From: an uncultured Desulfosarcina sp.
GTDB lineage: Bacteria > Desulfobacterota > Desulfobacteria > Desulfobacterales > Desulfosarcinaceae
Direction: 5' to 3'
Assembly: GCA_963674945.2 (NCBI GenBank)
Contig: CAXXWQ010000003.1
Location: 768,001-832,000, forward strand
Length of the DNA: 64,000 nucleotides
Part shown: positions 53,927 through 63,075 of the stretch, piece by piece
Layout: every line of letters starts with the position of its first letter
How positions within the stretch are numbered: the stretch's first letter is position 1
Translations under genes and position numbers: made by a program
The notes under the pieces: model-generated
Databases searched by the model: none
Told to the model about the DNA's origin: nothing
What the model saw: only the letters and a program-made list of their open reading frames with translations

Positions 53927-54532
53927 CCATTAACCCCTTTTGGAATTACAATTTTCATAGAATTTTGAAATTATACACAATCTCAATTCATTTAAGTTGT
54001 TTCCGAACAATTAACTTGACATTTCAAATATTTATAGTTTATTTCCTTAAACTTCGTTCAGTCAGTTTTACTCGACCATAAATGGCGAGAGACAAAAATA
54101 TGGGCATGACCTAACGCTGAAAAAAAGAAGGCAATGTTGTTAGGAACTTAAACGTATCGCCATCCAGGTTTTAGAAAATTAAACTCATTATTACTTGGAT
54201 TTAAAGGGAGAAACATTAATTCTGAATAATGTCTCAAAAAAGCAAAGAGGTCAAGTAGTTCTCGAAATTCGTGAGCAGTTATATGATGTATTTTGATTAA
54301 AAAAGATAATGTCTATAGAACAAATCATGCTTCTACACCATTATTGGCCTTTTTAGAATAATACCGAAATATCACAGTAAAAACCAACCATAATAAAGAT
54401 ACTTCGACATCTAACAGACGCCTGATCAGACGCCCTTCATGGCAGTCATTTTTTGGTGTCCGCTCCACCCTTCATTTTACAGAAAATTGAGATTTATCAA
54501 TTTCAAAACAACGATTTTGAAAGGAGATAGCT

Positions 54533-54709
54533 ATGTCAAATATCATCAATGCACTCGCAGCTCGAAAAAACGTCCACCCTTCATTCTTGGAATACATTGG
54601 CACCATGGATGAAACTAAAACGATCGGCGCCAAATTGCATATGTTCAACATTGAAGATCCGCATCATCCCAATTTCCGATCATCCATCGCATATCGTGAA
54701 AATGTGTAA
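54533..54709 (+). CDS. small hypothetical protein (58 aa; not in the ORF track)
   Basis: AAAGGAG RBS, ATG...TAA; MSNIINALAARKNVHPSF... Confidence 0.6.
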   Translation: MSNIINALAARKNVHPSFLEYIGTMDETKTIGAKLHMFNIEDPHHPNFRSSIAYRENV

Positions 54710-54777
54710 TTGACAGCGATCCTAAAATATGCGATCACTTTCACACTAACGAATTACACTCATCCCGAAAGGTTATA

Positions 54778-54978
54778 ATGATGCCGACCGTATCCGTCAA
54801 AAAAAGTCTCAAAAAAGGTAATTTCTGGAATGTGATCCTTAATGAAAAAACAGATTCACCTATCTGCGTCGAAAGCGACCTGCCCTATGCACAAGCCTAC
54901 AAAGCAAAATTGGATATTGAAAAACGAATTGCAGCAAATCATCTGCCAATTCCCCGGCGACCATTGATTATGATTTGA
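54778..54978 (+). CDS. small hypothetical protein
   Basis: AAAGG RBS; co-oriented with neighbours. Confidence 0.55.
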   Translation: MMPTVSVKKSLKKGNFWNVILNEKTDSPICVESDLPYAQAYKAKLDIEKRIAANHLPIPRRPLIMI

Positions 54979-54999
54979 AATTTTTTATCCTCAAGTCAT

Positions 55000-55013
55000 T
55001 GTAATTAATTACA
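55000..55013. promoter_or_regulatory. palindrome TGTAATTAATTACA, copy 1
   Basis: perfect 14-bp palindrome, intergenic; recurs at 58571 and 61038. Confidence 0.7.
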
Positions 55014-55539
55014 CCCTGATCATGGGGGGGGGGTAATACATCGAGACACACATTAATAGGGAGACCAAATGTTTACCGATAATCCCGATTTCTATCCGAC
55101 GCCAAAACATTTATTTGAAAAAATGTGGGCCAAGCTGCCGAAAAAAATAAAGATGGATGCCAGCTACTGGCTTGATCCGGAAGCCGGCCAAGGCCATATC
55201 ATCGAGTACATAAAGGAAAAATTCAGTCATTACCACCAACCGACGATCCACGCGATCGAGAAAGATCCGCGTTTCGTTGCGATCCTGAAGGACAAAAATA
55301 TCCCCGTTATCGATCGTGATTTTCTGACCTACAGCGGGCCGGACAAATACGACGTTATCATGGCGAATCCGCCTTTTAGCATGGGCGAACATCATCTCCT
55401 GAAGATGATCGACATCCTGTATTCCGGCCACATCGTTTGTCTGTTGAATGCCGAAACAATCCGGAACCCCTGCACCAACGTACGCAAATCCCTGGTTCGG
55501 AAATTGGCCATTATGGAGGCCGACATCGAATATCATCAT

Positions 55540-57195
55540 CCTGTTTCCGTGGCACAAAACCTGATTAAAACACTATAACCAATTGATAAAACATATATAT
55601 TATGGTAATATTAGGGCACTAAACGCTCACTTCGGAGGTGAAATCAATGCGGCGTCCGATCACCATAAAACACGAGATGGAAAAACTTGCCAGTCATAGC
55701 GGATTGATCAATATCGGCGCATTACTTGATGCGATAAATTTCAGGTTCCGTTTCGAAAAGATCAACGGCGTCCATTGTGTAGACCCGAAAATTTCTCATG
55801 GTGACATTTTAGCTTCGATGATTGCTCTCATGAGTATTGGTAAACCTGATTACGATGCGATCGAGATTTTTCGTGAGAAGCAAGAATTTTTCAACAAGGC
55901 CATTGGCAATCGTGCATGCCCGTCAAGCCCGACATTGCGTCAGCGAATCGATTTGATCGGCAACCAAGCCGATAAGCTGATTAAGGATGCAGGCGTTGAT
56001 TTGGTTCGATCCTGCGCTCCGGCGATTTCACCCATCCAAACCAGTGCGGGTGATTTCCTTCCTTTGGATATGGATGTGAGTCCGTTTGACAACTCAAAGA
56101 CTCAAAAGGAAGGCGTTTCCAGAACCTACAAAGGCACGGATGGCTTCGCTCCGATCTTTGCCTACCTGGGCACCGAGGGGTATCTGGTGAATCTTGAGTT
56201 CAGAGAAGGAAAACAACACTGCCAGAAAAACACCCCCGAATTTATCAACGCCACCTTGGATTATGCCAGGCAAATTACCGATCAGCCTATTTTGATGAGG
56301 TTGGATTCAGGAAACGACAGTCAAGACAACTTTCCTGACGATTCACGAAAGAATGTCCACTTTATCATCAAACGCAATTTGCGTAGAGAATCTGTTCAAA
56401 AGTGGGTTGATCTGGCAAAAAAATCCGGCAAGCAACAGCATTGCCGCTCAGGAAAATGTGTATGGATCGGAAAGACGATTGAAGACATCAACGGCAATCC
56501 ATTGCGCTACCCAATCATCTTTGAGGTTACCGAAAGGCATACCAAAAAGGGCCAAGTACTGCTGTTCCCCGAGTATCAGATCGATACCTATTGGTGCAGC
56601 CTCGCACAGTTGCCACCGGATGAGGTGATTCGACTTTATCACGATCACGGTACCAGCGAGCAGTTTCACTCCGAACTCAAATCCGACATGGGCCTGGAGC
56701 GCTTGCCGAGCGGTCATTTTTCCACCAATAGCTTGATTCTTCATTTGGCGATGCTGACGTACAACATGCTACGGATTATCGGACAAATCAGCATCGAAGA
56801 GAGTGATCCGACTGAATTGCCCGGTATACGCCGGAAGAAAGTTACCCGGCGTCGAATCCGGACAGTCATGCAGGACTTGATGTATATGGCCGGTCGATTA
56901 GTAACCAGAAGTAGAAAATGGTACATATCCTTTGGCCAACTCAATCCATTTTCCAAACTGATGGATCGGATTTATCTTCGTCTGAATTTGCTTTCCGCTA
57001 TGAAGTAGCTATAATTTTTAAAAGAACAATTTTACAGGCATTTGCTTGGTGATTTGCTATGGCTAAAGAATGAGAAACAGGAGCAAAATTCCTTCGAAAT
57101 TTGAAAATAGTGAGAAAAATTATCAACAAATGATGGTGTGTGAGGCAATCGCCCCGCGCCAATCCTAACAGCAAAAATTAGGCCACTGATTCAGG
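55540..57195 (+). mobile_element. IS1380-family insertion sequence (1656 bp)
   Basis: TIRs CCTGTTTCCGTGGC / GCCACTGATTCAGG (11 of 14 match); flanking duplication ATCAT. Confidence 0.92.
55638..57008 (+). CDS. IS1380-family DDE transposase
   Basis: LDMDVSPFDNS, RLDSGND, HGTSEQFHSELKSD. Confidence 0.92.
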   Translation: MKSMRRPITIKHEMEKLASHSGLINIGALLDAINFRFRFEKINGVHCVDPKISHGDILASMIALMSIGKPDYDAIEIFREKQEFFNKAIGNRACPSSPTLRQRIDLIGNQADKLIKDAGVDLVRSCAPAISPIQTSAGDFLPLDMDVSPFDNSKTQKEGVSRTYKGTDGFAPIFAYLGTEGYLVNLEFREGKQHCQKNTPEFINATLDYARQITDQPILMRLDSGNDSQDNFPDDSRKNVHFIIKRNLRRESVQKWVDLAKKSGKQQHCRSGKCVWIGKTIEDINGNPLRYPIIFEVTERHTKKGQVLLFPEYQIDTYWCSLAQLPPDEVIRLYHDHGTSEQFHSELKSDMGLERLPSGHFSTNSLILHLAMLTYNMLRIIGQISIEESDPTELPGIRRKKVTRRRIRTVMQDLMYMAGRLVTRSRKWYISFGQLNPFSKLMDRIYLRLNLLSAMK

Positions 57196-58377
57196 ATCAT
57201 CATTGTTTCAAAGAAGCGGAGCGAAAAACGAATGTCGAAATCGCTCTGGTTTATATCCATGTCGATCGCAAGATCGAAGAAGACCTCTTTGGTAATCTTT
57301 CTGAAGCCAAAGACCCGGATGTCGAAGATATCGAAGACCCCAAAGAACTGGTCGAAAAGGATTCAATCCGGAACATCGTGGCAGATTTTAATCGGACGGT
57401 TGAAACCGGCACGCAAGCCCTTTTGAACTATTTCCAGCATCACCGTCATATATCCCGGTATTTGGAACTCTCCGTTATCGGAGCCAAAGGAGAGATCGAC
57501 AAGTCCAACCTTACCCAGCTGATGAAAACCTCCTTGAACCAGTTCCTGATCCAAGTCCGAAAGGAATATTGGTCCAAGCTGCTTGAATTCAGAGTCGTCG
57601 CCAAAAAGATGACATCCAAGCGAATTAAAGAATTTCAAACCATGCTGCAGAAAAACGAGTCAGTAGATTTTACCGAATTCAACATCCGGACGTTCATCAC
57701 CAATCTGATGAAAGATTACGATTCGTTTCTCATTGGGGCCACCGTGGATGTTTTTGACATGCTCACCCATGAATACGCCTACGACGAAGACATCCACAAC
57801 GGAAACGTCCATTATTTTAACGGATGGAAAACGAACAAGGCGTTTTTCTGCAACAAAAAGGTGATCATCCCATTTTGGGGCAGCGCCTTTTGGGATGCTG
57901 ATTGGAAACGATGGCAGGTCCGCTATGACATCAAAGACAAGCTAAACGATATCGACAAGGTTATGAATTCCTTTGATGGAGCCATCGAATATACATCGAT
58001 TGTCAGTGCGCTTAACAAAGCCCTGGACGAAGGACAAAACCACAAAATCAAATCCACATACTTCGAGATCACCGTTTATAAGAAAGGTACGATGCACCTC
58101 ACCTTTCTGGATCCCGACGTTCTGCGGCGCTTCAATATCACAGCCTGCCGTGACAAGAATTGGCTGCCAATGGATTATGGCCAGAAACGGTATAACCGCA
58201 TGACGTCCGAAGAACAAAAGGTCGCCGACGCATTCGAAGGAAAGAAATCATACGAAGCGAACTTTACCTCAGAGCCCAGGTTATTCCGAGGGAAAACCGC
58301 TCTGCAAATCGAACATCTTCAAGAATCTGAAAAAGAAGCTGCTTAAAGAAATCCCCTATATAATGAGGAGAGAGAGC

Positions 58378-58575
58378 ATGACCGTCGTTGAAAGAGTCAA
58401 TTCAAAAATTCGAATCGTTAAATACCCGCCGGCCTTGTACCAGCGCCCATTCATCGTACAGAAAAAGACCGGCCTTCTTTGGTTCAACACACCATCAGCC
58501 ATGAATCCAAAAACATTCGAATCACATCAAGATGCGAAGACATTTGCAAAAAAATTTACCAAGGAGGCATTGTAA
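58378..58575 (+). CDS. small hypothetical protein
   Basis: GAGGAG RBS. Confidence 0.55.
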   Translation: MTVVERVNSKIRIVKYPPALYQRPFIVQKKTGLLWFNTPSAMNPKTFESHQDAKTFAKKFTKEAL

Positions 58576-58584
58576 TTAATTACA
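58571..58584. promoter_or_regulatory. palindrome TGTAATTAATTACA, copy 2
   Basis: perfect copy overlapping the upstream stop codon; shares the 17-mer CATTGTAATTAATTACA with copy 1. Confidence 0.7.
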
Positions 58585-58611
58585 TTTTCTCTCCTGAAGA
58601 AAGGAAAAGAT

Positions 58612-58944
58612 ATGTGTGAAAAATGTTCGATGTTTCAACACTGGAATTTTTGTGCATCATGCGGAGCACCCCTTACTTCAACCAAAATTAAACCCAAAAT
58701 CTTCATCGATTTGTCAGGTGGTCTCGTCCAACAGATCATGGCCACGGAAAATATGGATGTCATCATTATTGACTATGACGATTCCGATGGCATGGACGAG
58801 CATCCGGAACGAACCGTCAAAATTGATGGCGAAGATCCAGCCTATATTTATCGGGGTGCTTCGGTTGATGCCGCACCTGATCGAGTCATCGATCTTCATC
58901 GACAAATCAATACCGCCCTCAAGGAGAAAGAGAACAGCCAATGA
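58612..58944 (+). CDS. hypothetical protein with N-terminal zinc-ribbon-like CxxC...CxxC
   Basis: CEKC...CASC; AAAGGA RBS; acidic C-half. Confidence 0.7.
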   Translation: MCEKCSMFQHWNFCASCGAPLTSTKIKPKIFIDLSGGLVQQIMATENMDVIIIDYDDSDGMDEHPERTVKIDGEDPAYIYRGASVDAAPDRVIDLHRQINTALKEKENSQ

Positions 58945-59135
58945 AACTGAAACCGTTTCGGGATATCTGCAAGTTAATGGGGTCCTATGAAGAGAAAGCC
59001 TATCCAAAGTTGATTGACGTTTCTGTTCGGCTCAAATTTTTCGTTGCTTGGTTTCGATCTGAACACATTTCATCCCGAAAAACCCCTGAATGGTGCATCC
59101 AACGACGAAGAGAAGGAGGGAGGTACCAACCTTGA
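58941..59135 (+). CDS. small hypothetical protein
   Basis: ATG adjoining/overlapping the upstream stop; AAGGAG upstream. Confidence 0.5.
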   Translation: MKLKPFRDICKLMGSYEEKAYPKLIDVSVRLKFFVAWFRSEHISSRKTPEWCIQRRREGGRYQP

Positions 59136-59404
59136 ATACAATTCAAATCACTCAAAACACCTGGGGGAAAGGAAAACGGGATGATCTCATCTTATTTGAG
59201 TTTGCCCTTTCCTTCGGATTCACAGCTTGGACCAAGAACAAACCGGTTGCCGGCATCCCTTACGATTCCCTTTCTTATAATAAAGGTAACAAATGGATTT
59301 GGTTTTGTCAGAAAGGCTGGGCCTGTGCCGAAATCATCGACGGATATTTCCGCAATCATCGCTACTATTCATCCCTGGTCGATGCTCTTGAAAAGGAAGC
59401 ATGA
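59132..59404 (+). CDS. small aromatic-rich hypothetical protein
   Basis: TTG start after GGAGG, overlapping the upstream stop. Confidence 0.6.
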   Translation: MNTIQITQNTWGKGKRDDLILFEFALSFGFTAWTKNKPVAGIPYDSLSYNKGNKWIWFCQKGWACAEIIDGYFRNHRYYSSLVDALEKEA

Positions 59405-59415
59405 AAGGAATGCCT

Positions 59416-59598
59416 ATGAAAGACGAATATTTAATTTTCCATCTCGGAATCGGAGAATATATCGATTTCGCCTCCAAAGACAGACCGCCTGAAGAGATTA
59501 TCGTCGAAGCTTATAAGAAACACATTGGTGGTGAAATCCCCAAAATCTCAAAAGGCGCCGTCACCATCGCCTGTGGCGATCTTTGCCTAATAAAATGA
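59416..59598 (+). CDS. small hypothetical protein
   Basis: AAAGGA RBS. Confidence 0.55.
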   Translation: MKDEYLIFHLGIGEYIDFASKDRPPEEIIVEAYKKHIGGEIPKISKGAVTIACGDLCLIK

Positions 59599-59610
59599 AA
59601 GGACTCTTTT

Positions 59611-59985
59611 ATGATCACAGTTGAAATTTTTGACGATGGTTCGGCCATCAAGACTTTCTCCTACGATTTTGGAGAAAATAAAACCCATCCCATGACAGTC
59701 GATCAGGTTCAATACCATCTCAAAACCTCTTGCACAAATAGACCGAATGGCTGCGGCATTTGCATTACCTGCGCCGTCAAAGCCGGTTACCAGGAATGGA
59801 GAGCCAAAAAGATTAGAGACCAGGCCGGTGAATACCTCACCGACATCGATGAAAATGATTTTGTCGTAGCCGTAGATGCCCCGGTCGAATTCGTTGACGG
59901 CGGCGCATGGGTGCAATGTTCTGTATGGATACCAATTAATGATGAAACCGATACTGAAAACCCCAACAAGGAGACAACCGAATGA
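59611..59985 (+). CDS. acidic hypothetical protein with Cys cluster
   Basis: AAAGGA RBS; C.....CGICITC; DGGAWVQCSVW. Confidence 0.7.
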   Translation: MITVEIFDDGSAIKTFSYDFGENKTHPMTVDQVQYHLKTSCTNRPNGCGICITCAVKAGYQEWRAKKIRDQAGEYLTDIDENDFVVAVDAPVEFVDGGAWVQCSVWIPINDETDTENPNKETTE

Positions 59986-60560
59986 GACTCACCAAAGCAA
60001 TCAGGGAATCGATCAAGGACATCGTTATCAACAAGACTTTTGAAAAACGTGAAATCGCATTGGCCAAAAGGAAATCCGAACTATTTCGGCAGATCATCAA
60101 CAGCCTTTTGCCGAAAAATTTTGCCGCGGCCTGTGCCGATAAAAGGAAAACATGGTTCCCGGGAGTTACGAGGATCGAAATTCGTGTTAATGAAGGTGGT
60201 CCCGGTTGGGAAAAATACAGTTTTTCCGGCGACGCGATATTGGTACCATTCTATTTGGTGGACGATTACCCCCATTGGAAGATCGAAAGAAAGTTCGATG
60301 AACTTTCCCCTTCAATCGAAATCAGAACCAAAGTCGCAAAACACCTCCAGACCCAAAAAAAATTGGAATCCGATAAACAACAACTCGAAAAGGAAATTTC
60401 CAAAATTCTCTTGAGCGCCACGACAGTCAAAAAGCTCAAAGAGATCTGGCCGGAAGTCGAGACCTATTACAAGTTCCCCGAACCGACCAAAAATCTCCCC
60501 ATGGTTATCAGCTCCGATGACTTGAATCAGACCATAGAACAAATGGCCAAGGCCGCATGA
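59982..60560 (+). CDS. Nmad5-like (nucleotide-modification-associated domain 5) phage protein
   Basis: MRLTKAIRESI start and SATTVKKLKEIWPE...LP...LN C-terminus match the family pattern as recalled. Confidence 0.65.
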   Translation: MRLTKAIRESIKDIVINKTFEKREIALAKRKSELFRQIINSLLPKNFAAACADKRKTWFPGVTRIEIRVNEGGPGWEKYSFSGDAILVPFYLVDDYPHWKIERKFDELSPSIEIRTKVAKHLQTQKKLESDKQQLEKEISKILLSATTVKKLKEIWPEVETYYKFPEPTKNLPMVISSDDLNQTIEQMAKAA

Positions 60561-60573
60561 AAGGAAAAACACC

Positions 60574-61023
60574 ATGATTGATGTCAGAACGAACGAAAAA
60601 CTGATCAAGCATTTTGAGAAACTTTTGATCCAGAAAAAACGGTTGGAAGTACAGATCGTCAATCCATCACCGATCCAATTATATGACAAAATGATGTTGA
60701 CCGGGGAAATCAAGGCAATCGAAAAAGCCTTGGAAATTATCCGGATGCACGACGAACAGAGCCCAATGCAATTCCGACAATTCCGCCTTCACAAATTTGT
60801 TCCAGATTGGAATGGCAAACTCGTCAAATCCATGGGCACCGTCGTCAAATCCATCCATTGGACCACCTCGGAAGCACCACGCCATGAAAGCATGAAAATG
60901 TATGCCAGCAGATTTTGGAAAGGTTATGCCATTCCCCAACGGGACAAGGTGACAAAGATCAGCATCAAAATCGATCGTGGCATCGGAGGTTGTTATATCT
61001 GGAACGTCCAATTCGGTTTTTAA
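60574..61023 (+). CDS. hypothetical protein
   Basis: AAAGGA RBS; 149 aa. Confidence 0.65.
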   Translation: MIDVRTNEKLIKHFEKLLIQKKRLEVQIVNPSPIQLYDKMMLTGEIKAIEKALEIIRMHDEQSPMQFRQFRLHKFVPDWNGKLVKSMGTVVKSIHWTTSEAPRHESMKMYASRFWKGYAIPQRDKVTKISIKIDRGIGGCYIWNVQFGF

Positions 61024-61037
61024 TGTCTTGAATTCTT

Positions 61038-61191
61038 TGTAATTAATTACTTTTGCAAACAAACTCAACTATTACATAAATCTTACACTTCGATAAAACT
61101 GTTACATGCCCTGCCCTATTCCTCATCCCTGGAAGGGGTGAAAACAGCAAAGTGTTACATGAATGTTACGCTAAAATCATTCTGTTACATG
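61038..61191. promoter_or_regulatory. palindrome copy 3 (13 of 14) followed by TTACA/TGTTACATG direct repeats
   Basis: TGTAATTAATTAC at 61038; TGTTACATG at 61100, 61153, 61183; TGTTACG at 61164; TTACA at 61072, 61083. Confidence 0.6.
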
Positions 61192-61211
61192 AAGAGAATT
61201 TGGAGGTAAAA

Positions 61212-61658
61212 ATGTCAGAAATTCAGACGTTGTATTCGTGTAAAAGAGCAGTTTTGAGAATCAACGGAGAAACTGGCCACGTAGCGTTGTGGAAGAATCC
61301 CGATTCATTCTATCCCACCCAGCAAATCGAACTGCATTCCGTAGCGATCGAACATTACCCTGAAGATCACACGATCGGCATATATGGAATCCGGACTATC
61401 TATTTCCATAAATCGGACATCGCTAAAAAGCAATCCCTTTTGGATAAAATCTGTTCCAAATACGTCGAAACAAAAACAACCCAAAATCTGTTTCGATGGA
61501 CTCTGCGAAAACAACCCAAATCCCGCAGGGTTTTAATCGAAAGGGATGGTCCCTGGTTCCTGAGTAAAGAACTCCGGGACTTCCGACTAATCATCCAGGA
61601 AAAAATGCTTTCAATCATCGAAGGTGCCAACCCTGCCGACGGCCACCTTTATATATAA
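61212..61658 (+). CDS. hypothetical protein
   Basis: GGAGG RBS before the ATG at 61212. Confidence 0.7.
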   Translation: MSEIQTLYSCKRAVLRINGETGHVALWKNPDSFYPTQQIELHSVAIEHYPEDHTIGIYGIRTIYFHKSDIAKKQSLLDKICSKYVETKTTQNLFRWTLRKQPKSRRVLIERDGPWFLSKELRDFRLIIQEKMLSIIEGANPADGHLYI

Positions 61659-61786
61659 GGAGGCAACGGATTTGCCATATATAATACCCTGCTCATGGGG
61701 TTCATACATTGAGACGAAGACGAAAGTAAGATCTGGCAGCTCCGGCCGGCAATCTATACGTTTTGGAAGTGAAAGGAGATGCGATC

Positions 61787-61975
61787 ATGAGACAAGGACA
61801 GATGAATTTCAAGACATTTACATTTAAAGCACAAAGTTCATTGCATGCACAAAAGGCAGTTCAAATGCTCATACAGGAAAGTTGCTGGTTTGAATGCGAA
61901 CCTCAACCAAACGACGTATGGCAATTTTGGATCAAAACCGATCGTGTTGATATCATAAATAAATTGGACTTTTAA
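61787..61975 (+). CDS. small hypothetical protein
   Basis: AAAGGAG RBS. Confidence 0.6.
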   Translation: MRQGQMNFKTFTFKAQSSLHAQKAVQMLIQESCWFECEPQPNDVWQFWIKTDRVDIINKLDF

Positions 61976-61990
61976 TAAAGGAGAAAGCCA

Positions 61991-62380
61991 ATGGGCTGTA
62001 AAATTTCCGAACTACTCGAATGGGATGACGGCGAAGCTATCGCCGAACTGAGCGATGTTCTTTGCCAGCTTGATAAACTCTTGACGACATCTGAAAAGGA
62101 AGATTGGATCAAATCTTTTATTGAAGATCTCACCGATAAAGCAGCAAAAGTGAACCTGTTGGACAACTCAATATACATTAAGAATTATCGTGAAGATTGG
62201 GAAGATGAAGTAATCGCCATGGCCCGGGCCGCTGCCGCAATGCGGAAAGCCCATGACACCGAAGATGGTTGGGGAGAACACCCGGATTGGCCGATGTCCG
62301 AATGGGCCCGGGAAGCCGACAGCTTAGACACACGCCTCGGCTATTGGGAATGGGTTCTTCATAAAATGGCGGGAGAATAG
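61991..62380 (+). CDS. acidic Trp-rich hypothetical protein (phage-like)
   Basis: AAGGAG RBS; C-terminal WGEHPDWP..EW....DTRLGYWEWV. Confidence 0.7.
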   Translation: MGCKISELLEWDDGEAIAELSDVLCQLDKLLTTSEKEDWIKSFIEDLTDKAAKVNLLDNSIYIKNYREDWEDEVIAMARAAAAMRKAHDTEDGWGEHPDWPMSEWAREADSLDTRLGYWEWVLHKMAGE

Positions 62381-62383
62381 ACG

Positions 62384-62536
62384 ATGCAAATTCCAGATAA
62401 AATAAAGATGATGCTCGATATATATCGAGAAAAGAAAGCCAAAGCAGATGAAAGTAACGATCATGCAAATGGTTTGCGCTATGAAGGCGCCCTCATTGTA
62501 TTAGAAGCGCTTGAGATCTATATGAAAGAATCTTAA
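62384..62536 (+). CDS. small hypothetical protein (50 aa; not in the ORF track)
   Basis: GGAG RBS; MQIPDKIKMMLDIYREKK... Confidence 0.5.
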   Translation: MQIPDKIKMMLDIYREKKAKADESNDHANGLRYEGALIVLEALEIYMKES

Positions 62537-62617
62537 TCATGGATGGCAATTTACCATTACCGGCGAACTAACAAGAATTTGCATTTGAAGAACAATTTTT
62601 TGGATGAAGGATACCAT

Positions 62618-62968
62618 ATGAACTTTAAATCAGATTGGATAGATTCAATTCCACCAGGCATTGAAGCCCGCGGGCGCAATGGCTTTTTCCAACTGGCTCG
62701 TATTCATGTATCAATCAGTGCGGTAAGAGGGCGGGTAGCTTTTTACAGTTCCCGGATCGGCGACGCCCCTCCCATGCTACTGACCAGTGAGAACCCCGAA
62801 AATCTTCGCGCAATCCTTCGACAAGTCCTGGAAAAGCTCGATGATACCATTGACATCAACGACACGAAGAAACCTGCCGCTGGCCCTCTCACTCCAGGCC
62901 GCCCACCTTGTCGTGGATCGTTGGAGGAAAAATGTGACTTGGCCGCAACTGAAAAACTGAGACAATGA
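62618..62968 (+). CDS. hypothetical protein
   Basis: AAGGA RBS before the ATG at 62618. Confidence 0.6.
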   Translation: MNFKSDWIDSIPPGIEARGRNGFFQLARIHVSISAVRGRVAFYSSRIGDAPPMLLTSENPENLRAILRQVLEKLDDTIDINDTKKPAAGPLTPGRPPCRGSLEEKCDLAATEKLRQ

Positions 62969-63075
62969 TCATCCTACAATCTGCTGGTAGATATTTGTTC
63001 CATATTCGTAATTTAACTATGGGGAGTTCGAAACCTCTTGGAACACTGGAAATTGAAAATTTGCTATTGTTCGGC

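Larger units (their letters stand above)
55069..58346 (+). pseudogene. amino-DNA methyltransferase (DUF4942-like) interrupted by an IS1380-family element
   Basis: DFYPTP, LDPEAGQG, NPPF motif; removing the IS and one ATCAT copy joins 55069..55539 to 57201..58346 in frame (538 aa; ...IEYHHHCFKEAERKTNVEIALV...). Confidence 0.85.
34711..63000. mobile_element. accessory/genomic island downstream of tRNA-Leu (right boundary not established)
   Basis: abrupt shift to AT-richer DNA and to partition, defence, IS and phage/plasmid-like genes; no integrase or tRNA 3'-end duplication seen in the window. Confidence 0.6.

Noticed and set aside
53944..53950. AATTACA half-site next to the cas1 RBS as a regulatory link to the palindrome
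   Set aside because: A single 7-mer in very AT-rich DNA is expected by chance.
54150..54178. Degenerate repeat-like sequence (TCGCCATCCAGGTTTTAGAAA) upstream of cas1 as a regulatory mini-array
   Set aside because: The Cas6f stem cannot form, a gap is required, and no second repeat is present. The region reads more like a decayed ORF with internal stops.
61624..61827. 67-aa ORF between two small genes
   Set aside because: It overlaps both neighbours and has low-quality composition; it may be a fragment but is not supportable.
54533..62968. Calling this region an intact prophage
   Set aside because: No capsid, terminase, tail, integrase or replication genes are recognisable in the window.
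63021..63040. GGGGAGTTCGAAACCTC as a tRNA remnant or attR
   Set aside because: It does not match the tRNA-Leu(GAG) 3' end and has no acceptor stem or CCA.
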